Shown here piece after piece: positions 48,894 to 58,711 of a stretch of 64,000 bases of DNA. This DNA is from Candidatus Omnitrophota bacterium (GTDB lineage Bacteria; Omnitrophota; Gorgyraeia; Aquiviventales; Aquiviventaceae): positions 29,287-93,286 of the forward strand of contig JACQRB010000023.1 in NCBI GenBank assembly GCA_016206685.1, given 5' to 3'. The notes beneath the pieces are model-generated. The model saw only the letters and a list, made by a program, of their open reading frames with translations. It did not search any database and was not told where the DNA came from. Each line of letters begins with the position of its first letter. Position 1 is the stretch's first letter. A program made the translations under genes and the position numbers.

Positions 48894-49882
48894 CTGAGGG
48901 GTTCAGGCGCTGGTGCTGCCTGGGCATGCTCGTCATACCACCGGGCCACGAGAGGCAGGCCATCAGAGAATCGGACGGCGGGACGGAATCCTAATGCCGT
49001 CAACCGGCTGATCTCCGGACACCGGCGCAGCGTACTGCCGTGGGCGGGTGTCTGAGGGACGATGCGGACGTCCTTTCCAAAATAGCGTCCCACTTCGATC
49101 GCGACCGTCTCGACCGTCATCTCTTCACTCGTGCCGAGATGGTAGATCGCGAGATGTTCGCCGTGCTCCATCACAACCCGCAGCCCATTGACGAAGTCAT
49201 CGATGTAGAGAAACGAACGGGTCTCCTTCCCGCTGCCCTGGATGGGAAAAGGCACCGGGTTGGTCGGCTCCTGGGCCAAGCGGCGCATCCGCAGCACAAA
49301 TTGCGGGATCACATGTTCCCAGCCCATATCAGGTCCATACACGTTATGCGGACGGACAATGAGGAGGCGATCCACCCGACCCTTACCGCAATGAATCGCC
49401 ATCATCTCACTGATGATCTTGCTGGCTGCATAGGAGTAGCGTGGGTTGTACGGATCAGGGATCGACAGCGGCACCGTTTCACTCGTCGGCACCACGTCCG
49501 GTGTCTGGTAGACTTCGGAACTGGAGGTGAGGAGGAATTCGCCGACCCCATAGTGGAGGCAGGCATCCAGCACATTGACCATCCCCTTCACACCGACCTC
49601 CAGCACCTGATCGGGTTTCGTGTAGAAGAAGGCGGTCCCATTGATCGCCGCGAGATGACAGATGCTCTCGACACCCCGCACGGCCTGAAAGACCGCCTCC
49701 CGGTTTCGCACGTCAGCTTCGATGAACTCGACGCCATCCCTCACATCGGCCAATCGCATCGCCGAGCCGCGGCTCTGGTCATCCAAGACCCGTACGCGAT
49801 GCCCCTCGGTCACGAGGCGTCGGACGAGGGCCGAGCCCAGAAATCCAGCTCCGCCAGTCACCAGATAGGTCTTACGCCCCAT
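48881..49882 (-). CDS. NAD-dependent epimerase/dehydratase, UDP-glucuronate decarboxylase-like
   Basis: VTGGAGFLGS, HLAAINGT, SSSEVYQ, NPRYSYAASK, RPHNVYGP, ETRSFLYIDD; AAGGAG RBS. Confidence 0.85.
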   Translation of the reverse strand: MGRKTYLVTGGAGFLGSALVRRLVTEGHRVRVLDDQSRGSAMRLADVRDGVEFIEADVRNREAVFQAVRGVESICHLAAINGTAFFYTKPDQVLEVGVKGMVNVLDACLHYGVGEFLLTSSSEVYQTPDVVPTSETVPLSIPDPYNPRYSYAASKIISEMMAIHCGKGRVDRLLIVRPHNVYGPDMGWEHVIPQFVLRMRRLAQEPTNPVPFPIQGSGKETRSFLYIDDFVNGLRVVMEHGEHLAIYHLGTSEEMTVETVAIEVGRYFGKDVRIVPQTPAHGSTLRRCPEISRLTALGFRPAVRFSDGLPLVARWYDEHAQAAPAPEPLRCDS

Positions 49883-49890
49883 CGTCTCCT

Positions 49891-51147
49891 TCACTCCGAT
49901 GGCGGCGCGGCAAACCGCTGCAGCTCGATCATGAGCAACGCGGCGAAGACGGCGCCCACCGCGGGCAGCGAATACATCTGGAGGCCCAGCGCCACATCCC
50001 GGGCCGGCAGGCCGGTGATCGCCGCCCAGAATCTCATCGGCACCAAGAACCCGCTCATCACGACCGCCGCGACGAAGGCGCCTTTCACCATCCAGCTCAA
50101 TGCGTACCGGTACCGGAGCACAGAGCCCACGCCCAGCGACAGCGCGGGAAGCACAAAGATGAGATAGTAGGTGTTCGCATGCGGCGCGACCAGGATCATC
50201 ATGGTCATCAGGAGCGCCCCGTCGAGCTCCAGGGTATCCTGCCGGCGCCGGCGCCAGAGCAGCCATCCCGTTCCCAGCACTACCAGCAGGTGAAGCGACA
50301 ATCCGATCATCCGCAACAGCGGCGCCTGCCAGACTCGAGGGTCCGGATCAGCGAGATTGCCGAGGGTGAACATCTTATAGAGCACGTTCACGATGGCCTG
50401 ATTGGCGGGGGCCGCCGGATAGGAAATACTCTGAATGGCTTCATCCGAGATCAGCGTGAACGTGATCGAATGTTCCACTCCCAGCAGCCCCACCGCGACG
50501 GCCGCAAACACCCCGACGACCGCGATCGCGCTCCAGAACGCCTTCCGATACCCCTTCATCCAGAGGTACGGAATAAGAACGACCGGCAAATATTTGATCA
50601 TGGCGGCCAGCCCGATCAGGCCGCCGGCCAGGCGCTGCCGGCCGGCGCGCAACCCCCAGATCCCGACCGTCACCAGAAACAGCTCGAGGATCTCGCTCTC
50701 CCGCCCGACCACAGCCGTCAGGAGCGGGAAATAGTTCAGCCAGACCACGGCGATCCAAAACAGCACGATGGCGCGCGGCTCGATGCGCCAGGCCATCCGC
50801 AGCCAGAGCCAGCCGGTAACCGCGAGAAGGACGTAGCTGATGCCGAGCCAGATGAGCATCGCCTGCTCCAGCGAAGAGGCGAAGACCAAGGGCAGCGTGA
50901 TCACATGGAGCGCGGGTCCAAAATTCCAGAGGGTTTTTGGCACGATCCAGGGTTTCGCAAGGACTGGCCAGAGCACCGTCATGCGGTGCAGGAGCGGGCC
51001 GGGGAATGCCGAGATGGTGTCGCCGCCAAGAATCTTCAACGCCCCGATCACCCCACTCTGCACGAAATGGACGACCGAATAGACGGCAAGAATTGTGACG
51101 GCCACCGGAGGTCCGAATTGCCTGAGCCGGGCACTAGATAGCTTCAT
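49891..51147 (-). CDS. GT87/DUF2029 membrane glycosyltransferase
   Basis: Multi-TM protein; GLAAMIKYLP, NQAI, ILVAP...YY. Confidence 0.72.
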   Translation of the reverse strand: MKLSSARLRQFGPPVAVTILAVYSVVHFVQSGVIGALKILGGDTISAFPGPLLHRMTVLWPVLAKPWIVPKTLWNFGPALHVITLPLVFASSLEQAMLIWLGISYVLLAVTGWLWLRMAWRIEPRAIVLFWIAVVWLNYFPLLTAVVGRESEILELFLVTVGIWGLRAGRQRLAGGLIGLAAMIKYLPVVLIPYLWMKGYRKAFWSAIAVVGVFAAVAVGLLGVEHSITFTLISDEAIQSISYPAAPANQAIVNVLYKMFTLGNLADPDPRVWQAPLLRMIGLSLHLLVVLGTGWLLWRRRRQDTLELDGALLMTMMILVAPHANTYYLIFVLPALSLGVGSVLRYRYALSWMVKGAFVAAVVMSGFLVPMRFWAAITGLPARDVALGLQMYSLPAVGAVFAALLMIELQRFAAPPSE

Positions 51148-51151
51148 GATA

Positions 51152-52444
51152 TCAGGTGAGGACTCCGACAGATGAGGCCGGCGGCTGCGAGACTGTGGCA
51201 AAAGCCGCGGCCTGGCGTTCCTGCCGCCACGTCACCGTCCACGCGATAATGAACACCACATAGCCCAGCGTCGGGATCCCATAGTAGAGATAGGCCCGGG
51301 AGTTGAGCACGCCGGGAATGACCGACGGCAGCTGATTGATAATCCCCAAGGGGACACCTTGTCCGACCAACAGATAGGAAACAACTCCCGACCAACATGC
51401 CGCCGAGTTGAACCGGGAGCCGCGTTGCCACCACAGGCCCGCCAAGAGCAGGTAGCCCGGCAGCAAGAAGACCGCGTAGTAATCCCGCGACATAGGACTC
51501 AACAGCAGCATCCCGGCGCTCACGATCGACCATTCAGCCCACAGCCGTTGGGGCGATGCGTCACGGCGGCGCGCCAGTAAGACCGCCAGCCACCCGGCCG
51601 CCAGGAAACGCAATACCCACCCCATCCACAGGCCTTCAAGGCGCACCTGATGCAATGGGACATGGAACTCGTTGGGGCGGATCGGATGCCACCACCGCAC
51701 CGCGACGCCGAGGAGCGACTGATCTTCATACCAATAGAAGGCATTGTCCCCCCGGGGCTGGATCACGGTGCTGAAATACGCTCCCACCGCTTCAAAGCCG
51801 AAGACAAGACCACTCACCAGGAGGATTGCCGCCACACTGACCGCCCAAGCCCGCACGAGGCGCCAGCGGCGCGTCCAGATGAAATACAGCGCGAACAACA
51901 CCGGCAATGGCTTGAGCATTCCGGCCAGTGCCGCCAGGCTGCCAGCCAGCCGGTCGCGGCCGCGCTGCACGGCCAGCATCGCGCCAACCAGCAGCGTCAC
52001 TTCGGCCATTTCAATTTTGGCCATGGAGACCAAGAGCAGCAGCGGCCGGAAGTTCAGCGCCAATGGCAGCAACAGCCACCACCAGGCGCGGCCCGGAATC
52101 CGAGCGGCGGTCGCGGCCATTAACAGCCCCAGGCACACCACCAACAGCGCATGGTTGATCGCCAGCATCACCAGTGCCGCGGTCTGATCATCGAACCACA
52201 GCGCCAACGGGCTGTTCACCAGAAAAAAGAACGGCGGATACCAGTACCCGACGTTGAACTGCCCCGTGACCAACCATTCCCGCGTCACGTTCATGAGGAG
52301 GAGGTAATCGGAGTAGCTCCGGTAGCCGACGGCGGCGTGGAGAAAATGGGCCACCGTATAGACCCATAGCACGACGACGCCCGATACCAGCAACGGATGT
52401 CGTCGCCACCACGCCGTGGCGGTGTCAGCCATTGGCGACCTCAT
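51152..52444 (-). CDS. GT87/DUF2029 membrane glycosyltransferase
   Basis: YWYPPFF, LAGMLKP.P, DQSL.G, LLLSPMS...Y. Confidence 0.75.
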   Translation of the reverse strand: MRSPMADTATAWWRRHPLLVSGVVVLWVYTVAHFLHAAVGYRSYSDYLLLMNVTREWLVTGQFNVGYWYPPFFFLVNSPLALWFDDQTAALVMLAINHALLVVCLGLLMAATAARIPGRAWWWLLLPLALNFRPLLLLVSMAKIEMAEVTLLVGAMLAVQRGRDRLAGSLAALAGMLKPLPVLFALYFIWTRRWRLVRAWAVSVAAILLVSGLVFGFEAVGAYFSTVIQPRGDNAFYWYEDQSLLGVAVRWWHPIRPNEFHVPLHQVRLEGLWMGWVLRFLAAGWLAVLLARRRDASPQRLWAEWSIVSAGMLLLSPMSRDYYAVFLLPGYLLLAGLWWQRGSRFNSAACWSGVVSYLLVGQGVPLGIINQLPSVIPGVLNSRAYLYYGIPTLGYVVFIIAWTVTWRQERQAAAFATVSQPPASSVGVLT

Positions 52445-52487
52445 AGATCTTCACATCCTCCTCCACTGCATCAATCGCCACATCCCC

Positions 52488-53186
52488 CTACCTCTCCTGG
52501 GGGATGCTTGCAGGCAACCGGACAGGAGCCTGTGCCACCATCACCAGATAATCACAGGCACCGCTTGACATGGGATAGCATCTCACTTGATCAAAGACAG
52601 CCTGGACTATGTGGACGTAGTGTTGCTCAGCTCGAATATGGTCACCCAGATCGAATTGATGAACCAGACTGCCAATAAGATTGTATCTGCTGCGCGTCGG
52701 TACATCTTCCCACATGATCAAACGACCTATGCCAGGTTTCAGAACCCGCGCGGCTTCAGTCAAAATGGCTATCGCATCCTGATCTTCAAGGTGGTGGATG
52801 ACCCCGCTAATCACCACCGCATCAAACGATTGTGATGTAAAATCCAGTGCTCGCCCATCCATGACGAGAAAGCGATGAGTGGGGTGTTTCTTTCTTGCTC
52901 GCTTGATATACCCCTGGTTGATATCGATGCCCACATAAGAAGTCGGCCTGAACATGTTGGCGAACACCCCAGTCCCACAACCAAGATCCAGGACATCCCC
53001 AATATGCTGCAGTCCCTCTTGCTTCAGCACAATCCGCTCGCCATTAAAACCAGCTTCCAGAATCCAACGCAGCATATCAAATAAAACAGGACGAGCCGCA
53101 AGCCTGCTGACGAGGGACTGAAGGAGAAGCTTCATAATCTGTGGAGACTCGGCAGCATCTGTGTGAGATCCCCTCGGTTCAGTCAT
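52488..53186 (-). CDS. Class I SAM methyltransferase (visibly lower GC than neighbours)
   Basis: VLDLGCGTG, YVGIDIN, GVIHHL.D, RVLKPG. Confidence 0.87.
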   Translation of the reverse strand: MTEPRGSHTDAAESPQIMKLLLQSLVSRLAARPVLFDMLRWILEAGFNGERIVLKQEGLQHIGDVLDLGCGTGVFANMFRPTSYVGIDINQGYIKRARKKHPTHRFLVMDGRALDFTSQSFDAVVISGVIHHLEDQDAIAILTEAARVLKPGIGRLIMWEDVPTRSRYNLIGSLVHQFDLGDHIRAEQHYVHIVQAVFDQVRCYPMSSGACDYLVMVAQAPVRLPASIPQER

Positions 53187-54859
53187 CCTACGAGTTCATA
53201 GATCTTTACATACTCCTCGGTGCCGAGTCCCGGGTCCACATCCGGCCGTTGCCCGCGGAACTCCTGCACCAGCCGACCGGTGTCCCTCACCGCGGTGTAG
53301 TATTGCGCGTGGACCGGATACCGCGCGGGGTCGGCCAGGTACTGTTCCACTTCATCGGTGACCACCACATACCGGACGCCCGCCTGACGATGTTTCGCAA
53401 AGTCAAGATCATCAGGATCAAAATCCTCCCGCCAGGGGTATGGCAGGGGCCACAGATCATAGGCGGCCGGAAGGGACGGGACATACCGCGCCAACCGCTG
53501 CAGGCGAATGCCCTGCCCGATCCCTTTGGCGTGAATCTCTTCGAGCTGCCGATGGATGGACGCCTCGTTGGGCACCAGCGGAACTCCGGCCGCCACGGCC
53601 ACCGGCGTCCCCGAAGGCACATGGCGCTGGATCCATGCGCAGGCTCGAACCGACACCGGCGTCTGAGCCACCTGACGGTCAAACCGGACAATCGCCTGAA
53701 CCGGCAGAGCCACCAACAGGGCCCATCCCGCTGTCATCGCCGTCACGCGGAGAGGGCCCGCCCGAAGCCGGTCGGCGAGCGCGACGCACCAGCGAGCCGC
53801 CACGAGCAGCAACATGGGCACGATGTAGATGAAATACCGCGGCTTGATGATGTCCCAGGTCCCCACATAGCCGATGAAGGTCAGCACCAGACCTGCCAGC
53901 CAGAGGTCTTCGGGCCGGCGTTTCCAGAGGGCGTACGCCAGCCCGATGAGCGAGACGACCGTCAGCGGCGCTCCAATCGCGCTGGGCAGCACCGATGTGA
54001 GGAGGAACCAGTGTCCAGATCCCTGGGCCCGGTACGACGCGAAATGGTACTCGGAGGTCATGAGTTCCCATCGGAGTTTCTGGACGGAGGCCAGGAACGC
54101 CTTCCCATCCAGCAGCGCATAGGGACACCCGAGGAAGAACCCGACGATGATGAGCCCCATCCCGGCCACCAGCTTCGGGGCGAACAGCCGCTCCCGCCAC
54201 GGGGCTCCTGCGCGGGACGTCCGGATCAGGTGCGCCAACCCCAGCACCACGCCGAGCCAAGCGGCGTTGTATTTCGTCGCCGTCGCCAGCCCGATGAGCA
54301 GTCCGGCGAGCCCATAGTGCCACAGCCGTCCCTCCTGGAGCACGCGGACGACCGTCCCAAGCGCCAGGAAGGCAAGCACCATCATCGGAATGTCGGTGTT
54401 GGCGTAGTGCGCCGCCGTCACATGCAGCACCGACACGCTGAGAAACGCCGTCGCCAGCAGCGCGATCGCCGTCCGGTGATAGAGCTGATGGGCCAGCCGG
54501 AAGAACAGCCAGAGTCCCAGCAGCCCCAACCCCAGCACGAAGATCCGACCGATGAGAAAGAACAGCGTCGGGTCCGTGAAAAACAGCCGCTCAAAATCCG
54601 CCACGGACGCAAACACGCCGGCCGCACGGCCGATCATGAACGTCGCCCCATAGAGCCCGAACAGCACATAGGCGAAGAACGGCGGATGCAGAAAGTAGTG
54701 CGGGTTGAGGTCGCCGGTGCCGAACTTCACCGCGTAGAACACCTGCTCTTCTTCGGTCGCGAACCGGCTGAACGGCAGATCGGCCCGCATGCCGTAGGCC
54801 GCGGCCGCGGCGAAGAGGCCCAGCATGCCCGCCAGCGCCCATCGTTGCGCGTGCATCAT
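53183..54859 (-). CDS. GT-C (GT39/ArnT-like) membrane glycosyltransferase, paralog of 40605-42290
   Basis: GDLNPHYFLHPPFFAY, AHYANTD, GLATATKY, RYF, AWIQRHVPSG. Confidence 0.78.
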   Translation of the reverse strand: MMHAQRWALAGMLGLFAAAAAYGMRADLPFSRFATEEEQVFYAVKFGTGDLNPHYFLHPPFFAYVLFGLYGATFMIGRAAGVFASVADFERLFFTDPTLFFLIGRIFVLGLGLLGLWLFFRLAHQLYHRTAIALLATAFLSVSVLHVTAAHYANTDIPMMVLAFLALGTVVRVLQEGRLWHYGLAGLLIGLATATKYNAAWLGVVLGLAHLIRTSRAGAPWRERLFAPKLVAGMGLIIVGFFLGCPYALLDGKAFLASVQKLRWELMTSEYHFASYRAQGSGHWFLLTSVLPSAIGAPLTVVSLIGLAYALWKRRPEDLWLAGLVLTFIGYVGTWDIIKPRYFIYIVPMLLLVAARWCVALADRLRAGPLRVTAMTAGWALLVALPVQAIVRFDRQVAQTPVSVRACAWIQRHVPSGTPVAVAAGVPLVPNEASIHRQLEEIHAKGIGQGIRLQRLARYVPSLPAAYDLWPLPYPWREDFDPDDLDFAKHRQAGVRYVVVTDEVEQYLADPARYPVHAQYYTAVRDTGRLVQEFRGQRPDVDPGLGTEEYVKIYELVG

Positions 54860-55578
54860 CCGCCGTTGCCCATCCGCAGTTCGCGCCAGAGGAATTTCAG
54901 AAAGACGATCCCCGTCGGCAGCGACTTCGCCGTGCTCATGCCGCCGATCCGGTCGCTTTCCTGCGTGGGCAGTTCGACGACGCGCATCCGCTGTTTCATC
55001 GCGCGGATCGACATCTGGTACTCGACCACGAAGCCGTCGGCGTCGATACCCATCCCTTCAAATGCCGCCTTCGTCACCCCGCGGTAGCCGTTGATCGTGT
55101 CGGTGACGTACGGACCGCGGTTCCACAACCGGTTGGCGATCCAAGTGAAGGCGCGGTTGGCCCAGGCCCGCAGGGGCAACCGCTTGTCGTCTTCTTCATT
55201 GCGGCTGCCGGGCAGGAAGCGCGAGGCGATGGCCATGTCGTAGCCCTCCTCCAGCTTCGCAAAGAGCCGCACAATGTCGTTCGGGTCTTCGTTCCCATCG
55301 GGGCTGAAGAAGACGAGGTGCTCCCCCTGCGCCGTCGCGACGCCGATTTGAAACGCCTGGCCGCGCCCGCGCCGGCTCTGCCCGACGACGCTGATCCCTC
55401 GGCGGGCCAGAAACTCCACCGTGCCGTCGGTGGACCCGCCGTCCACCGCGAAACATTCATCCACTTCAGCAAGCGGCAACCGGTCGAGCAGCACCTTTAG
55501 CCCGCTGATCTCGTTCAGGGTGAGCAAAATGAGAGAGCGTTTAGCGACGCGCCGTGGAGCTGAGACAGTGGGATTCAT
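54856..55578 (-). CDS. GT2 glycosyltransferase (DPM1-like)
   Basis: LTLNE, VDGGSTDGT, FSPDGNEDP, ASRF, TDTINGYR. Confidence 0.9.
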   Translation of the reverse strand: MNPTVSAPRRVAKRSLILLTLNEISGLKVLLDRLPLAEVDECFAVDGGSTDGTVEFLARRGISVVGQSRRGRGQAFQIGVATAQGEHLVFFSPDGNEDPNDIVRLFAKLEEGYDMAIASRFLPGSRNEEDDKRLPLRAWANRAFTWIANRLWNRGPYVTDTINGYRGVTKAAFEGMGIDADGFVVEYQMSIRAMKQRMRVVELPTQESDRIGGMSTAKSLPTGIVFLKFLWRELRMGNGG

Positions 55579-56530
55579 ACCATGCTAATGTGTGGGTCAG
55601 TCCTTCTTCCAATGAGATCGCGGCGGTGTAGCCGATGAGCCGCTTGGCTTTCGTCGTATTGCACTGGCGCCGAGGCTGGCCCGATGGCCTTGACGGATCG
55701 AACTGAATGGTCACGCGCTTGCCGGAGAGCCGGACGATCATCTCCGCCAGGTCGCGGATGCTCACCTCTTCATCCGTCCCCAGGTTCACGGGGTCTGGCT
55801 GTGGGTATTGCTCGACCAGCTCCATGAGCCCCCGCGCCAGATCCGTGACGTAGACGAAGCTGCGGCTCGCCGTGCCGTCGCCCCACACGGTCAGGGGGTT
55901 CTCCCCGTCCATGAGCCGGTGGATCAGTGAGGCGATCACGTGGGCGTCCGGCGACTCGAAGTGATCGCGCGGGCCGTAGGCGTTGTAGGGTCGGGCAATC
56001 GCGATGCGCATCCCGAATTCCTCGGCATACGTCTGCGCCAAGAGCTCCACCACGCGCTTGGCCCAGCCGTACCCGAAGTTCGTCGGCTCCGGATCGTCGC
56101 GAAAGCCTTCGGTCTCCGGCGTGGGAATGGTGCAGGCACGCGGATAGACGCAGGCGCTGCTGACCATCAGCACGCGCTCGGCCTTGGCTTCGCGGGATGC
56201 CTCCAGCACGTTGAGCGCCAGTTGCACGTTGTCCCGCAGCATCATCGCCGGATGCGCCTGGTTGAACCGCACGCCCGACACCTTCGCGGCCAGGTGCAGC
56301 ACAATCTCCTGATTCTGCAGCGCCCGGCGGCACGGCTCCGCCTGCATGAGATCCACATCCTCAAACTGGATCCGGCTCCAGACCGCCTCCAGATTTCGCC
56401 GCGGCATGGCTCCCGGATGATTCAGCACCGTCACGCGCGCCCCGTGCGCGACCAGCCGCTCCACCAGGTGCGAGCCGACAAATCCCCCGCCCCCGGTCAC
56501 GAGAACCCGTTTACCAGACCAGAACGTCAT
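55541..56530 (-). CDS. GDP-sugar epimerase/reductase (Fcl/ColC-like)
   Basis: VTGGGGFVGS, HLAAKVSG, SSACVYP, EPTNFGYGWAKR, NAYGPRDHF...AHVI, VWGDG..SR.F.YV.D. Confidence 0.82.
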   Translation of the reverse strand: MTFWSGKRVLVTGGGGFVGSHLVERLVAHGARVTVLNHPGAMPRRNLEAVWSRIQFEDVDLMQAEPCRRALQNQEIVLHLAAKVSGVRFNQAHPAMMLRDNVQLALNVLEASREAKAERVLMVSSACVYPRACTIPTPETEGFRDDPEPTNFGYGWAKRVVELLAQTYAEEFGMRIAIARPYNAYGPRDHFESPDAHVIASLIHRLMDGENPLTVWGDGTASRSFVYVTDLARGLMELVEQYPQPDPVNLGTDEEVSIRDLAEMIVRLSGKRVTIQFDPSRPSGQPRRQCNTTKAKRLIGYTAAISLEEGLTHTLAWYESHCLSSTARR

Positions 56531-56537
56531 GCGCGGT

Positions 56538-57557
56538 TCACCCCTTGATTCCCGCGACGTCCGCGGGCGAGACGATGCCTTTCACTGCAGCCATGTCGGC
56601 ATCGACCATCAAACGCACCAGCTCCGTAAACGTCGTCTTGGGCGCCCATCCGAGCTTTCGCTTGGCCTTGGAGGAATCCCCCAGCAAGAGGTCGACCTCA
56701 TTGGGTCGGAAGTAGCGGGAGTCCACCTCGACGTAGGCTTTCCAGTCGAGCCCCTGATACGAGAAGGCCTCCTCCAAGAATTCTCTCACGCTGTGGGACT
56801 CGCCCGTGGCCACCACGTAGTCATCCGGCTCATCCTGTTGCAGCATGCGCCACATCGCCTCGACGTACTCCTTTGCGTAGCCCCAGTCGCGTTTGGTATC
56901 GAGATTGCCCAGGTAGATCTTCGACTGCCGTCCAGCCAGAATGTTGGCCAACCCCCACGTGATTTTCCGCGTGACGAACGTCAGGCCCCGTCGGGGTGAC
57001 TCATGGTTGAACAGGATGCCGTTGCACGCGAAGATCCGATAGCTCTCTCGATAGTTCACCGTCGTCCAATAGCTGAACACTTTCGCCGTCCCATAGGGAC
57101 TGCAGGGACAAAACGGCGTGGTCTCCCGCTGAGGCGCCTCCAGGGCCCGTCCGAACATCTCGCTGCTCGACGCTTGGTAGAATTTCGTCTTGAGGCCGCT
57201 CTCTCGAATGGCGTCGAGCAGGCGTAGCGTCCCCAGGGCGACCACATTGGCTGTGTATTCCGGCATGTCGAAGCTCACCCGCACGTGGCTCTGGGCGCCG
57301 AGGTTGTACACCTCGTCCGGGTGGATCGTCTTCATCAACTGGTTGACGCCGCTGGAATCGCTCAAGTCCCCGTAGTGCAAGATGAGCCGGCGGTTGGATT
57401 CGTGCGGATCCTGAAAGATGTGGCTGATGCGCTGCGTGTTGATGGAGCTGGAGCGCCGGATAATGCCGTGCACCTCATAGCCTTTCTCCAGCAACAGCTC
57501 CGCGAGGTAACTCCCGTCTTGTCCGGTAATGCCAGTGATCAGGGCGCGTTTGGGCAT
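56538..57557 (-). CDS. gmd: GDP-mannose 4,6-dehydratase
   Basis: [58 protein letters not shown]. Confidence 0.95.
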   Translation of the reverse strand: MPKRALITGITGQDGSYLAELLLEKGYEVHGIIRRSSSINTQRISHIFQDPHESNRRLILHYGDLSDSSGVNQLMKTIHPDEVYNLGAQSHVRVSFDMPEYTANVVALGTLRLLDAIRESGLKTKFYQASSSEMFGRALEAPQRETTPFCPCSPYGTAKVFSYWTTVNYRESYRIFACNGILFNHESPRRGLTFVTRKITWGLANILAGRQSKIYLGNLDTKRDWGYAKEYVEAMWRMLQQDEPDDYVVATGESHSVREFLEEAFSYQGLDWKAYVEVDSRYFRPNEVDLLLGDSSKAKRKLGWAPKTTFTELVRLMVDADMAAVKGIVSPADVAGIKG

Positions 57558-57564
57558 GGGCTCC

Positions 57565-58701
57565 TCAATAGGTCACACGGTGAAAGACGTCCACGAGATA
57601 GGCCACGTCGTCCGGCGTCAGCCGCTGGTGACAGCCGATGTAGAACCCGCAGGCGTTGATCCGTCTGGCATTGGGAAACCGGTCCTCCACGTCGCCGAGG
57701 ATCCGGCGGACAATGGGCTGATTCGTCAGCGGCATCATGTCACGCGTTTCCACGCCCCAGTCGTTGAGGTGGCGCACCAGCCGGATCTTCAGCTCGGGGG
57801 TCGCGCAGACGATTGGAAACATCATGAAGGTGTTGTTCGCGGGATCCGGTAATTGCAGCGCCGGCAGATCGCGCAAGCCTTCGATGAGGACGCGGGCGTT
57901 GGCGACCCGGCACTGCAGGATCTGCTCGATGCGCTCCATCTGCCCGAGGCCAAGCGCGGCATTGAGGTCGCCCAGCTTGAACGAAAATCCCACGTCGTTG
58001 AACGTAAAGCGGATCGAGTCGTCCAAGGCGTCCACGCGCAGGCCGGCGTAGAGGTCCGAGCCGCACGCCCGACCGTGGTTGCACAACCGCTTGACGTCCT
58101 CATTCAATTCCGGGCGGTTGGTCAGCACCATCCCGCCGACGGCCGTCGTGATCGTGTGGGCCACATAGAAGCTGAGACACACCAGATCCCCATAGCCGAT
58201 CCCTGGCGCGCCGAGGCTCTCGCAGGCGTCTTCCACGACCGGCACGGATTGCGGCGGTATCTGCACCGACTTGCCGAACATGTGCACGGGTATCGCCACG
58301 TCGTAGCGCGCGGACGGCTCCAACAGGCCCAGATTAATGTTGTACGTCTTCGGATCAACATCGCACAGCACCACCTCCAGCCCTGCGTTCCAGATCGCAT
58401 GGAGGGTCGAGATATAGGTGATCGCCGGCGCCAGCACCAGGCGAACCTTGGGGTGGCGCAGCTTCAGCGCTTCCAGGGACAGGTGCAGCGCCGATTGCCC
58501 GCTGTTGCAGAACGTCCCGAAGCGCATCTGGTGGAAGACGGCCACCCTCTCCTCGAACTGCTGGGTCTTTTCCCCTGGGGAAATCTTGCCGGAGCGCAAG
58601 CAGTCGGTCACCAACTCGATCTCGCGCGGCGTGATGTCCGCCACCCCCAACGAGATGAACCGCCGGGCGGATGAGAGTGTGGCGTGTGAGGTCTGTGCCA
58701 T
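57565..58701 (-). CDS. DegT-fold PLP enzyme with His in place of the Schiff-base Lys (ColD/E1-type 3-dehydratase)
   Basis: [26 protein letters not shown] (vs SFYATKNLTT in the aminotransferase at 16468), NHGR, GFSFK. Confidence 0.75.
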   Translation of the reverse strand: MAQTSHATLSSARRFISLGVADITPREIELVTDCLRSGKISPGEKTQQFEERVAVFHQMRFGTFCNSGQSALHLSLEALKLRHPKVRLVLAPAITYISTLHAIWNAGLEVVLCDVDPKTYNINLGLLEPSARYDVAIPVHMFGKSVQIPPQSVPVVEDACESLGAPGIGYGDLVCLSFYVAHTITTAVGGMVLTNRPELNEDVKRLCNHGRACGSDLYAGLRVDALDDSIRFTFNDVGFSFKLGDLNAALGLGQMERIEQILQCRVANARVLIEGLRDLPALQLPDPANNTFMMFPIVCATPELKIRLVRHLNDWGVETRDMMPLTNQPIVRRILGDVEDRFPNARRINACGFYIGCHQRLTPDDVAYLVDVFHRVTY

Positions 58702-58711
58702 GTCGTCTGTC

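Noticed and set aside
53141-55087. 648-aa plus-strand ORF, and similar long plus-strand ORFs (36389-38218, 40710-42104, 49040-50167, 1267-2358)
   Set aside because: They lie antisense to well-supported minus-strand genes and show no recognisable motifs. Such shadow frames are expected from high-GC codon bias.
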